In this document: piece by piece, positions 41,004-50,659 of the stretch
Numbering within the stretch: the first letter of the stretch is position 1
Layout: every line of letters starts with the position of its first letter
Source of the DNA: Obrimoposthia wandeli
Lineage: Eukaryota
Assembly: GCA_977020255.1 (NCBI GenBank)
Contig: CDROCS010000410.1
Span: 496,001-560,000 of the forward strand
Direction: 5' to 3'
Length of the DNA: 64,000 nucleotides
Made by a program: the position numbers and the translations under genes
The notes under the pieces: generated by a model
What the model saw: the letters and a program-made list of their open reading frames with translations, nothing else
Told to the model about the DNA's origin: nothing
Databases searched by the model: none

Positions 41004-43592
41004 ATGATGTCATTAATCGAACAAATCAAAAATGGTAAACTGTGGCGCTATCTTGGTGGTGTACATCCGCAAGAGAACAAAACCCAGTCTACAAGTTTAG
41101 CGATTACTACCGCAAGTATTCCTGAACACCTTATTATTCCTGTTAAGCAACATATTGGCCAAGGCGGTCAAATCATTGTTGCACCAGGTGATCGAGTATT
41201 AAAGGGTCAGCCACTCACAGCTTCAGACTCATTTATGGCTGTGCCTGTTCATGCTCCGACATCAGGTGTAATCGAACATATTGCTCAATACCCTAGTACT
41301 CACCCATCGGCAACACCCGAAATAGCAATCAAACTTGTTTGTGATCAGCTAGATGATGCAATACCAGCACAACAACCATTAGATTATAAACAACTATCAA
41401 CAGCAGAATTACAGCAACATATTAGCCAATCAGGCGTTGCGGGTATGGGCGGTGCAGGCTTCCCTACTGCCGTTAAATTAAGTGATAGACAGCCGATTGA
41501 ATTCTTATTAATCAATGCTGCAGAGTGTGAACCTTACATCACGTCTGATGATGTATTGATGCGTGAACGTGCTGACGATATTATTCAAGGTATTGAAATA
41601 TTACGTCACATGATCAAGCCTGCGCTTTGTGTTATCGGTATTGAAGATAATAAACCTGATGCAGCAAAAGCGTTAGCAACTGCGATCAAAAAACTTAAGC
41701 TAAACGATGATATTGTCGTGCATAAAGTACCGACAAAATACCCGAATGGCGGTGAAAAGCAGCTTATTAAAATGTTAACGGGTAAAGAGATCAGTAAAGG
41801 GCAGATCCCTGCACAATCTGGTATCGTGATGCAAAATGTCGGTACCGTTTACGCCGTTAAACAAGCGATTATTGATCGCCAGCCACTATTAAGCCGGATC
41901 GTGACGTTAACCGGCAAAGCCTTTCCACAGCCACGTAATGTACAAGCTTTGATTGGTACACCGATTAAAGCACTGCTTAACGAATTTGACTGTGATGAAA
42001 ACAAAGCAGCGGCCATTATTTATGGTGGTCCTATGATGGGCTTTACCTTGCCACATGCGCAATTTTCATTAACCAAAACGGGTAACTGCATTTTAACGCC
42101 AATTAAAGATGAGATCCCACAAGTCAGAGAAGCGGATGCTTGTATTCGCTGCGGTGAATGCGCCGAGGCCTGCCCCGTTGATCTATTACCACAGCAATTA
42201 CACTGGTATAGCCAATCGAAAGACGTTAAAAAATTAGCCGATTATAATCTAATGGACTGTATTGAATGCGGTGCATGTAGCTATGTTTGTCCAAGCCAGA
42301 TCCCGCTTGTTCATCAATATCGTATTGCTAAAGTTGAAGTCCGCGAAAGCGATGCTGAACTTGCCGCAGCAGCCATTGCTAAAGAGCGTTTTGAAAAACG
42401 TAATGAACGCTTAGCTGTAGAAAAAGCCCAACGTGAACAACGCCAGAAAGATGCAGCTGAAAAACGCCGTGCTACTGCGAAAGCAGCAACAGGTGAAGAT
42501 CCGGTTAAAGCGGCTATGGAACGTATCCAAAAAGCTAAAGCTGCCGAACAAGCTGTTGATGGCCAAGCAAACAAAGGTTCCGCTGTTGCTGATGCAATTG
42601 CCCGCGCTAAAGCCAAGAAAGCAGCCGCGTCAAGTGATGCAAGTACTGCTCTGCCAGATAATGCTGCAGTTATTGCTGAACGTAAAGCGAGAAAAGCAGC
42701 TGCGAGAGCGCAACGTGAAGCAGAATCTTCGCAACCTGCTGCTGTTACAACGAATCCAGCTATTGCAGCGAAAAAAGCCGCTGTTGCTGATGCAATTGCC
42801 CGCGCTAAAGCTAAAAAAGCAGCCGCTCAAACGGGTACTGACGAATCAGCAATAACACCATCTGTTGATGGAAAGAAAGCTGCCGTCGCTGCAGCTATCG
42901 CTCGTGCTAAAGCAAAAAAACAGACTGCTCAAGCAAACACTGTTGCACCAACGACTGATGAAGCTGAATCACCAGCGCCTGCAGTTGATGCTAAGAAAGC
43001 TGCCGTTGCTGCAGCTATCGCCCGTGCGAAAGCAAAAAAACAGGCTGCTCAAGAAAATACAGTTGCATCAACGACTGATGAAGCTGATTCACCAGCGCCT
43101 GCTGTTGATGCTAAGAAAGCTGCCGTCGCTGCTGCTATCGCCCGTGCGAAAGCAAAAAAACTGGCTGCTCAAGCAAACACTGTTGCACCAACGACTGATG
43201 AAGCTGAATCACCAGCGCCTGCTGTTGATGCTAAAAAAGCCGCCGTTGCTGCAGCTATCGCTCGTGCGAAAGCAAAGAAACTGGCTGCTCAAGCAAATAC
43301 AGTCGCATCAACGTCTGATGAAGCTGAATCACCAGCACCTGCTGTTGACGACAAGAAAGCTGCCGTCGCTGCTGCTATCGCCCGTGCGAAAGCAAAGAAA
43401 CTGGCTGCTCAAGCAAATACCGTTGCACCTACTACTGATGAAGCTGAATCACCAGCGCCTGCTGTTGATGCTAAAAAAGCCGCGATTGCTGCTGCAGTCG
43501 CCCGTGCGAAAGCAAAGAAACTGGCTGCTCAAGCAAACACTGTTGCACCTACTACTGATGAAGCTGAATCACCAGCGCCTGCTGTTGACTAA
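41004..43592 (+). CDS. rnfC: Rnf subunit C; the reading frame stops inside the C-terminal repeats (original end probably 43722)
   Basis: GGVHP, GMGGAGFPT, AECEPY, two 4Fe-4S motifs, Ala/Lys-rich tail. The last repeat continues in another frame to TAA 43720-43722. Confidence 0.93.
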   Translation: MMSLIEQIKNGKLWRYLGGVHPQENKTQSTSLAITTASIPEHLIIPVKQHIGQGGQIIVAPGDRVLKGQPLTASDSFMAVPVHAPTSGVIEHIAQYPSTHPSATPEIAIKLVCDQLDDAIPAQQPLDYKQLSTAELQQHISQSGVAGMGGAGFPTAVKLSDRQPIEFLLINAAECEPYITSDDVLMRERADDIIQGIEILRHMIKPALCVIGIEDNKPDAAKALATAIKKLKLNDDIVVHKVPTKYPNGGEKQLIKMLTGKEISKGQIPAQSGIVMQNVGTVYAVKQAIIDRQPLLSRIVTLTGKAFPQPRNVQALIGTPIKALLNEFDCDENKAAAIIYGGPMMGFTLPHAQFSLTKTGNCILTPIKDEIPQVREADACIRCGECAEACPVDLLPQQLHWYSQSKDVKKLADYNLMDCIECGACSYVCPSQIPLVHQYRIAKVEVRESDAELAAAAIAKERFEKRNERLAVEKAQREQRQKDAAEKRRATAKAATGEDPVKAAMERIQKAKAAEQAVDGQANKGSAVADAIARAKAKKAAASSDASTALPDNAAVIAERKARKAAARAQREAESSQPAAVTTNPAIAAKKAAVADAIARAKAKKAAAQTGTDESAITPSVDGKKAAVAAAIARAKAKKQTAQANTVAPTTDEAESPAPAVDAKKAAVAAAIARAKAKKQAAQENTVASTTDEADSPAPAVDAKKAAVAAAIARAKAKKLAAQANTVAPTTDEAESPAPAVDAKKAAVAAAIARAKAKKLAAQANTVASTSDEAESPAPAVDDKKAAVAAAIARAKAKKLAAQANTVAPTTDEAESPAPAVDAKKAAIAAAVARAKAKKLAAQANTVAPTTDEAESPAPAVD
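42873..43592 (+). repeat. Six tandem 120-bp (40-aa) coding repeats in the rnfC tail
   Basis: Units KKAAVAAAIARAKAKK(L/Q)(A/T)AQ(A/E)NTVA(P/S)T(T/S)DEA(E/D)SPAPAVD(A/D) start at 42873, 42993, 43113, 43233, 43353 and 43473. Confidence 0.95.
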
Positions 43593-43723
43593 GATTGCTG
43601 CTGCAGAAACAACAGAAGTAGCAGACTCACCTGCCCCTGCTGTTGATAACAAAAAAGCAGCTATTGCCGCGGCAATAGCAAAAGCGAAAGCAAAAAAACT
43701 AGCCCAACTTGGTGACAAATAAC

Positions 43724-44773
43724 ATGGCATTTAGATTAGCAAGCTCTCCCCACAATCACAGTGGTAGCAGCACCAGTAAACTGATGCGTACCGTTATTTT
43801 GGCTACAATCCCAGGTATCGCCGCACAATGGTATTTCTTTGGTGCCGGTAACCTCATTCATATCGTCTTGGCTTGTTTTGCAGCCATCGTGACTGAAGCT
43901 GTGATCCTGAAGTTACGTAAACAACCGATACTCAGTCGAATACAAGATAACAGCGCTTTATTAACCGGCCTATTAATCGGTATTTCGATTCCTGGATTCG
44001 CCCCGTGGTGGATCAGCGTCATGGGTGCAGTCTTTGCTATCGGTATTGCCAAGCAGCTTTATGGGGGCTTAGGTCAAAACATCTTCAATCCCGCAATGGT
44101 TGCTTATGTGATGCTGCTTGTATCATTCCCACTGCAAATGACCACTTGGCCACCTGTAAGTGAAATAACCGGTTATGAATTGTCATTATGGGATATCTTT
44201 AATGTTATTTTCACCGGACTTACATTAGACGGACATACAGCCCATCAACTGATGCAAAATATTGATGGCATCACTATGGCAACCCCGCTGGATACTTTAA
44301 AAACAGGTCTAGCAATGGGTCATACCGTTGCAGAAATACAAACCAAAGAACAATTTAGTTGGTTATCCGGTTTAGGTTGGGAATGGATTAACTTAGCCTT
44401 CCTTGCTGGCGGCGTGTATTTAATGAGTAAACGCGCAATTCTATGGTATATCCCTGTCGGTTTATTAGGTGGCTTGTTTGCCATTAGCTTCATCGGTTAC
44501 CTGTGGGAACCTGATTCAGTTGGTTCACCAATATTCCACCTGTTCTCAGGGGCAACCATGTTGGGTGCGTTCTTTATTGCAACGGATCCAGTATCAGCAT
44601 CAACAACACCTAAAGGTCGTCTTATATACGGTGCATTAATTGGTGCATTAGTTTATATGATTCGAACTTGGGGCGGTTATCCAGACGCAATGGCGTTTGC
44701 AGTATTGCTCGCAAACATGTGTGTGCCATTAATTGATTATTATACTCAACCCCGTGTATACGGTCATAAATAG
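43724..44773 (+). CDS. rnfD: Rnf subunit D
   Basis: MAFRLASSPH, KQLYGGLGQNIFNPAM, DGITMATPL (FMN site), ATDPVS. Confidence 0.97.
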   Translation: MAFRLASSPHNHSGSSTSKLMRTVILATIPGIAAQWYFFGAGNLIHIVLACFAAIVTEAVILKLRKQPILSRIQDNSALLTGLLIGISIPGFAPWWISVMGAVFAIGIAKQLYGGLGQNIFNPAMVAYVMLLVSFPLQMTTWPPVSEITGYELSLWDIFNVIFTGLTLDGHTAHQLMQNIDGITMATPLDTLKTGLAMGHTVAEIQTKEQFSWLSGLGWEWINLAFLAGGVYLMSKRAILWYIPVGLLGGLFAISFIGYLWEPDSVGSPIFHLFSGATMLGAFFIATDPVSASTTPKGRLIYGALIGALVYMIRTWGGYPDAMAFAVLLANMCVPLIDYYTQPRVYGHK

Positions 44774-44782
44774 GAGATCACC

Positions 44783-45418
44783 ATGTTAGTATCAATGAAA
44801 AAAAATGGTGCAGTCCTGGCCATATTTGCATTAGCTTGTACTTCTGTTGTTGCCATCACCAATGCTGTCACAAAAGACCGTATTGCAGAGCAAGAACAAA
44901 CTCAGCTGTTGAAAATTATTAATCAGCTATTACCAGAAGATAGCCATGACAATAATATATTTGAAAGCTGTAAATTAATGACCAATGAAGCGCTATTAGG
45001 CTCTTCAGAGCCACAACGTATCTTCACTGCGACCAAGAATAATGAACTCGTCGGTTATGCGGTTGAAGGGATTGCTCCCAAAGGTTATAGCGGTAATATT
45101 AAACTCGTTGTCGGTATCGATACCATAGGTCAAGTAACTGGCGTACGTATTCTTGGTCACAATGAAACACCAGGGCTGGGAGACAAAGTTGAATACCGAA
45201 AGTCTAATTGGCTAGATGACTTTGTTGACCAAACGCTCACTACTGAAAATGCACACACTTGGGCTGTAACGAAAGATGGCGGTGACTTTGATTCCTTCAC
45301 TGGTGCTACAATTACACCCAGGGCTGTGGTAGGTTCAGTGAAAAACATCCTTACTTTTTATCAGTCAGAACAGTTTTCTAATCTAAGCAGCGCACCTTCT
45401 TGTTGGAGTAAATCATGA
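44783..45418 (+). CDS. rnfG: Rnf subunit G
   Basis: [29 protein letters not shown] (FMN-binding motif). Confidence 0.97.
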   Translation: MLVSMKKNGAVLAIFALACTSVVAITNAVTKDRIAEQEQTQLLKIINQLLPEDSHDNNIFESCKLMTNEALLGSSEPQRIFTATKNNELVGYAVEGIAPKGYSGNIKLVVGIDTIGQVTGVRILGHNETPGLGDKVEYRKSNWLDDFVDQTLTTENAHTWAVTKDGGDFDSFTGATITPRAVVGSVKNILTFYQSEQFSNLSSAPSCWSKS

Positions 45419-46116
45419 GCCAATATCGTGACATTATCTACCAAGGGTTATGGAAAAATAATCCCGGTTTAGTACAAGTGTTAGGGCTTTGTCCTCTACT
45501 TGCTGTAACAGCAACCGTGACCAATGCAATGGGCTTAGGCATCGCCACTTTATTAGTTCTCGTTGCCTCTAATACCACTATTTCATTGATACGCGAATAC
45601 GTACCAAAAGAGATCCGTATTCCTATTTTTGTGATGATCATTGCCTCGTTTGTTACCACGGTACAGTTATTAATGAATGCCTACGTTTATGAACTGTATC
45701 AATCGCTTGGTATTTTCATTCCGTTAATCGTAACCAACTGTATTATTATTGGTCGCGCTGAAGCATTCGCATCACGTAATAAAGTATTACCTTCTGCCGC
45801 TGATGGCTTCTTTATGGGTCTAGGTTTTGCCAGCGTATTGATCGTATTAGGCGCGATTCGTGAAGTCCTGGGTCAAGGTACCTTATTTGATGGTATGGAT
45901 TTGCTATTAGGCGATTGGGCAAGTGTATTGCGTATTGAAGTATTCCATGCAGATACCAGCTTCTTACTCGCAATACTCGCACCCGGTGCATTTATCGGCA
46001 TGGGCTTTTTAATGGCTTTGAAACATGCAATTGATGCACAACTCGATAAACGCCATAAAGCGCAGCCTGTGATTGAAACCGAACCCGTTGTCGAGACTGA
46101 ATCGTCAACAAGTTAA
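45415..46116 (+). CDS. rnfE: Rnf subunit E
   Basis: [34 protein letters not shown]. Confidence 0.97.
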   Translation: MSQYRDIIYQGLWKNNPGLVQVLGLCPLLAVTATVTNAMGLGIATLLVLVASNTTISLIREYVPKEIRIPIFVMIIASFVTTVQLLMNAYVYELYQSLGIFIPLIVTNCIIIGRAEAFASRNKVLPSAADGFFMGLGFASVLIVLGAIREVLGQGTLFDGMDLLLGDWASVLRIEVFHADTSFLLAILAPGAFIGMGFLMALKHAIDAQLDKRHKAQPVIETEPVVETESSTS

Positions 46117-46228
46117 TTATAAAAATGAGGCTACACTGCTCTACAACCAGCGGTGTGGCTTTAATACTCATTGCATTAAACAGCTGATTAGAACTAGCTG
46201 TGATTGATATCATCTATAGGATCAAGCT

Positions 46229-46870
46229 ATGAACAAGGATAAACGCCGCATCATTTTAGAGCGTCTGCGTGATAACAATCCCCATCCTGAAACTGAGTTA
46301 AACTTCTCTTCAGCATTTGAATTACTTGTAGCTGTAACACTGTCGGCACAAGCAACCGATGTCAGTGTCAATAAAGCCACGGATAAACTATTTCCAATAG
46401 CTAACACACCTCAGGCTATCTTTGATTTAGGGGTTGAAGGGCTAAAGACCTATATTAAGACCATTGGCTTATACAACTCGAAAGCCAATAACGTCATTAA
46501 AGCCTGCCAGATATTAATAGAAAAACACAACAGTGTGGTACCTGAAAGTCTTGAAGACTTAGTCGAGTTACCAGGTGTTGGTAGAAAAACGGCGAACGTA
46601 GTATTAAACACCGCATTTGGTTGGCCGACAATTGCTGTTGATACGCATATTTTTCGCGTATCAAATCGAACTAAACTCGCTATGGGTAAAAATGTAGACC
46701 AAGTAGAAGATAAGTTACTTAAAGTCATACCTGCTGAGTTTAAAGTAGATGTACATCATTGGTTGATCTTACACGGTCGTTATACCTGTATCGCCCGTAA
46801 ACCACGCTGTGGTTCTTGTATGATTGAAGATCTATGTGAGTTCAAGGATAAGATCTACCCTGAAGAATAA
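46229..46870 (+). CDS. nth: Endonuclease III
   Basis: LSAQATD, HhH LPGVGRKTANVV, VDTH, C-x6-C-x2-C-x5-C cluster. Confidence 0.99.
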   Translation: MNKDKRRIILERLRDNNPHPETELNFSSAFELLVAVTLSAQATDVSVNKATDKLFPIANTPQAIFDLGVEGLKTYIKTIGLYNSKANNVIKACQILIEKHNSVVPESLEDLVELPGVGRKTANVVLNTAFGWPTIAVDTHIFRVSNRTKLAMGKNVDQVEDKLLKVIPAEFKVDVHHWLILHGRYTCIARKPRCGSCMIEDLCEFKDKIYPEE

Positions 46871-46909
46871 TGACTATCCCCCAATAATCCAATAATCCAA
46901 TAATCCAAG

Positions 46910-46931
46910 ATCCAGCAATTCGCTGGATTTT
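46910..46931 (+). terminator. Terminator after nth
   Basis: ATCCAGC-AATTC-GCTGGAT-TTT, preceded by three CCAATAAT repeats. Confidence 0.6.
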
Positions 46932-47025
46932 ACTTCGTTTCAAGGTTCATCTTCAACGGTAAATTGTAAACAGAGATGAAAATATATAAGCTAATGATAT
47001 TTAGTGTAAAGACACTGTTTCAATA

Positions 47026-47054
47026 TTGACTTGAAGTACCATTAAACTTACAAT
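47026..47054 (+). promoter_or_regulatory. Near-consensus sigma70 promoter about 520 bp upstream of mgtE
   Basis: TTGACT (47026) - 17 bp - TACAAT (47049). Confidence 0.7.
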
Positions 47055-47085
47055 CCGCTCGAATTAATTAAGCAAAGGAAATAAC

Positions 47086-47121
47086 ATGGAAAGCGATCAT
47101 TGTAGGAGAGCCTATATATAG
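47086..47121 (+). CDS. Candidate leader ORF 1 (MESDHCRRAYI, 11 aa)
   Basis: AAGGA RBS 6 nt before the ATG, just after the promoter; tandem AGG AGA Arg codons. Confidence 0.4.
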   Translation: MESDHCRRAYI

Positions 47122-47398
47122 ATGTTGGATACTAAATAATAAAATCCCCTCCCTCTATTTATACCTCTCTCATTATATAAAACGTCCATAATCTAAAATA
47201 TCCATTATGATTAGACGAATTCAACTCATTATAAATAATTACTCGTTACGATTTTTTAATCGTTATCGTCAGTATTAATAACTATTATATTGAATCATTA
47301 ACTGTGTTTAAAGATTGGCTACATTGTAATAATCAACGATCATTACTCATATCAACACAGCTATAAATAAAGTAAGCAATTGATAAATAGGAAAGTAA

Positions 47399-47452
47399 AT
47401 GGAAATCGACATTCCTCCTAGTCTACTACCAATCCAGAGATGCGATGTGTAG
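47399..47452 (+). CDS. Candidate MgtL-like proline leader peptide (MEIDIPPSLLPIQRCDV, 17 aa)
   Basis: AGGA RBS 6 nt before the ATG; Pro at codons 6, 7 and 11; ends 124 nt upstream of mgtE. Confidence 0.55.
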   Translation: MEIDIPPSLLPIQRCDV

Positions 47453-47576
47453 TGGTATGTGAAATTATATTTAATACGTTTAATTAAAATACAAAAAATC
47501 ACAATAAAAATATCCCCGCCATCGCTGTTATTAAAATTATAAAAATATTTAATCCTATTATATTGGAGGACTAATC

Positions 47577-48845
47577 ATGTCCAATAATACAGCGCTTATA
47601 AACAATGAAAATACATTAACATTAAATAATGACATTAATCATCCGTTTGAATTATGGAATAATGAAACGAAACATAAATTAATTTCGTTTTTAACAAACA
47701 ATTCAATCGAAGAACTACGTCATTGGTTTAGTAATAAAACATTAAATCAATATTATCAAATAAAGAAATTATCATTAGATAATATTGATTTAAAAAAACT
47801 ATTACCCGCTTGGCTACTTGCCGATATCGAGTTATTAGCAACAGCTAGCAGCCCTGTCTTTTCGGTAATATCACCAGATTCTCCTCTACGACTAAATCAT
47901 ACTATGTCTGTTGCAGAGGCAGTGATCCACATAAAATCAATGAACACAGACCTTAACGCTCAAGCGGCCATGATTGTTGACCAGTATGGACGTTATTATG
48001 CTCTGCTGGAGTTGCACACGCTGCTTCAGCATGATGAAGAGTTGTTATTAGCAGATATCGCATTACAAGTTGAACCTTGCCATGTGGGTGAAGATCAAGA
48101 GTATGCAGTCAACCAACTTAAAATTTCCAATTCAGAATACCTACCTATTGTCGATATACGCGGACATCCTGTTGGCTTATTTCAATGGCAGCAAGCCTCT
48201 CAGGTGATGCAAGTTGAGCAGACGGAAGACGTCAATTTACAGATGGGTATTCAAAGCAGCCTAGACGAACCAAGCTATCTAGATATGTCGGTCATTGATC
48301 ATGTGCGTAAACGAATCATTTGGGTTTTAGGCTTAGCTGCTATCGGGATTTTTTCAGGCATGATCATTCAGAGTTATGATGATGCGATAGCGGCATTAAC
48401 AATACTCGCGTTGTACATGCCTATGATTGCAGACACTGGTGGTAACGCCGGGAGCCAATCAGCTACCGTGATTGTGCGTTCATTAGCACTGGGGGAGTTA
48501 AAAGTTAAAAACTGGTTAGCCGTTGTCTGGAAGGAATTACAAATCGCTACCCTAATCGGTTTAGCGCTGGCTGCAGCTTCATTCATAAAAGTCGAATTTC
48601 TATCAGGTAGTGCCGTATTGCCGGCTAATATCACCTTAACATTACTAGGCTCAGCAATTGCATTGGCCTTGTTTCTACAAGTGCTTACAGCGACTGTTAT
48701 TGGTGCTACCTTACCTTTAATCGCTAAATCCTGCCGACTAGATCCAGCCGTTGTAGCAAGTCCAGCTATCACTACCTTTGTTGATATTACTGGGTTACTG
48801 ATTTATTTCTATATCACCACGACATTACTAGGTATTGCCGCTTAA
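47577..48845 (+). CDS. mgtE: MgtE-family Mg2+ transporter (CBS pair + TM domain)
   Basis: PMIADTGGNAGSQ and DPAVVASPAITTFVDITG motifs; GGAGGA RBS; divergent N-domain. Confidence 0.92.
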   Translation: MSNNTALINNENTLTLNNDINHPFELWNNETKHKLISFLTNNSIEELRHWFSNKTLNQYYQIKKLSLDNIDLKKLLPAWLLADIELLATASSPVFSVISPDSPLRLNHTMSVAEAVIHIKSMNTDLNAQAAMIVDQYGRYYALLELHTLLQHDEELLLADIALQVEPCHVGEDQEYAVNQLKISNSEYLPIVDIRGHPVGLFQWQQASQVMQVEQTEDVNLQMGIQSSLDEPSYLDMSVIDHVRKRIIWVLGLAAIGIFSGMIIQSYDDAIAALTILALYMPMIADTGGNAGSQSATVIVRSLALGELKVKNWLAVVWKELQIATLIGLALAAASFIKVEFLSGSAVLPANITLTLLGSAIALALFLQVLTATVIGATLPLIAKSCRLDPAVVASPAITTFVDITGLLIYFYITTTLLGIAA

Positions 48846-48902
48846 TCATCTCGATTTAATCTCAACAGTCATCATAATCGAAAAGTAAAATCAGGATATA
48901 TA

Positions 48903-49979
48903 ATGTTATATTTCAAGGCTAAAAATACAAGAAATCAATACACATACGCGGTCAAGCTTAAACTTTCGCTGCAATGGCTAGCGACTATTACAATGGCTAT
49001 TTTGATGCTTGGTTGCTCGGAACCTCAGTTAACAAATAGCACTTTTAAAGGTCAAACCATGGGCACATTTTATGACATAAAAATAGCTCACTTTCCATTA
49101 ACGACGAGTGAACAATCTTCTATTCATGCTGAAATAGACCGACGTTTAGAGCAAGTCAATGAGCAGATGTCGACTTATCGCCCGCACTCCGAGCTATCCC
49201 GCTTTAATCTAAGCCCAGCTATTAATAACTTTCCTGTATCAGAAGCGACGGCAAAAGTGGTTGCAGAGTCGATTCGAATACACGAGATCACATCAGGTGC
49301 ATTCGATGTCACACTTGGCCCTCTTGTTAACTTATGGGGGTTTGGTCCCGCTGATGTGCCGCAGCAAAAACCAACAACGGATATGATTAAAACAGCACTA
49401 TCACGGGTTGGTATTCAACACCTAAGTAACACTAAGCATACTCTAAGTAAGAATATAGATAGTCTTTATGTCGATTTATCCGGAATTGCAAAGGGCTATG
49501 GTGCTGATGTTATCGCTGAATATTTCGAGTCATTGGGGATTGAGAATTATATTGTGGGCCTTGGTGGCGATTTACGAGCAAAAGGAATTAATGGGAATAA
49601 TTTAGATTGGCAAATTGCCATTGAAAAAGCATCAACAACAGAACATTCGGTGCAGCATGTCGTCAGTGTGGGCAATAACGCTATCGTCACATCAGGTAGC
49701 TATCGTAATTATTATGATCTTAATGATGAACGTTTTTCTCATACTATAGACCCCATAACAGGCCTGCCAGCACAACATAACTTGGTTTCCGTGACCGTGA
49801 TCCACCCCTCTGCGATGACTGCAGATGGCTTTGCGACTGCATTTATGGCTATGGGCGAAGAACAGGCAATAACATTAGCAAAGCAGCAAAGGTTAGCTGT
49901 GTACATGATCTATAAGTCTGGTGACTCGTTTAAAGAAATATTTACGGAAGAGTTCTCACCTTTCTTTCAACCTGATTAG
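48903..49979 (+). CDS. apbE: FAD:protein FMN transferase (lipoprotein)
   Basis: LMLGC lipobox, GQTMGT, DLSGIAKGY, VTSGSYR, SHTIDP, ADGFAT. Start may be downstream. Confidence 0.92.
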   Translation: MLYFKAKNTRNQYTYAVKLKLSLQWLATITMAILMLGCSEPQLTNSTFKGQTMGTFYDIKIAHFPLTTSEQSSIHAEIDRRLEQVNEQMSTYRPHSELSRFNLSPAINNFPVSEATAKVVAESIRIHEITSGAFDVTLGPLVNLWGFGPADVPQQKPTTDMIKTALSRVGIQHLSNTKHTLSKNIDSLYVDLSGIAKGYGADVIAEYFESLGIENYIVGLGGDLRAKGINGNNLDWQIAIEKASTTEHSVQHVVSVGNNAIVTSGSYRNYYDLNDERFSHTIDPITGLPAQHNLVSVTVIHPSAMTADGFATAFMAMGEEQAITLAKQQRLAVYMIYKSGDSFKEIFTEEFSPFFQPD

Positions 49980-50024
49980 CATTTATTAACAACACTTGGT
50001 TAATTCATATAATCATTAATTATC

Positions 50025-50060
50025 AAAAAGGCGCGTTCAATGGATTGAACGCGCCTTTTT
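50025..50060. terminator. Bidirectional terminator between apbE and satP
   Basis: AAAAAGGCGCGTTCAAT-GG-ATTGAACGCGCCTTTTT. Confidence 0.9.
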
Positions 50061-50095
50061 ATTTTACTGTTATATAAACATAGACTTAGCTATGA

Positions 50096-50659
50096 TTAAA
50101 AAACAGGTTTACCTACAGGTAATACTTCACGGCCATATTCGCCATTCAGGATTTGTGCCATGCTGAAGTACATAGCGCTTAGACCACAGAAGATGCCAAC
50201 ATAACCAGCGATAACGCCAATTACTGCACTACCACTAAAGTTGTGAGCAGCAAGCAGGAAGAAAAGTGCTGTTAATGAAGCGAATACGATCTGCTTTGCG
50301 CGAGGGTAACGTAATGAACCGATGAATAAGCCAGCAGTAAATAGACCCCATAACAGCAGGTACCAACCCATAAAGCCAGCAGGACTCGCAGCAACACCCA
50401 TTTTCGGCATCAAGATCAGAGCAACTAATGTTAACCAGAAAAAGCCATACGAAGTAAATGCTGTAGTACCAAACGTATCATTACGTTTGTAACATAAAAT
50501 ACCCGCAATAATTTGGCTAATACCACCGTAAAAAATACCCATCGCAAGTATCATAGAATCCATTGGGAAAAATCCCGCATTATGGATATTTAATAAAACG
50601 GTAGTCATACCGAAGCCCATTAGGCCCAGTGGTGCTGGATTAGCTAGTTGTGTAGACAT
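50096..50659 (-). CDS. satP: Acetate/succinate transporter SatP (GPR1/FUN34/YaaH)
   Basis: LANPAPLGLMGFGMTT signature. Confidence 0.95.
   Translation of the reverse strand: MSTQLANPAPLGLMGFGMTTVLLNIHNAGFFPMDSMILAMGIFYGGISQIIAGILCYKRNDTFGTTAFTSYGFFWLTLVALILMPKMGVAASPAGFMGWYLLLWGLFTAGLFIGSLRYPRAKQIVFASLTALFFLLAAHNFSGSAVIGVIAGYVGIFCGLSAMYFSMAQILNGEYGREVLPVGKPVF

Noticed and set aside
42433-43722. Long alternative-frame ORFs (140 aa and 285 aa) over rnfC
   Set aside because: Shadow frames of stop-poor Ala/Lys repeats. Only the last ~44 codons are meaningful, as the displaced RnfC tail.
47204-47275. 23-codon ORF (MIRRIQLIINNYSLRFFNRYRQY) in the mgtE leader
   Set aside because: No ribosome-binding site; expected by chance in AT-rich sequence.
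47305-47321. PhoP-box-like TGTTTA-N5-TGGCTA upstream of mgtE
   Set aside because: The second half-site is 4/6, no -10 sits at the expected distance, and such matches are common in AT-rich DNA.
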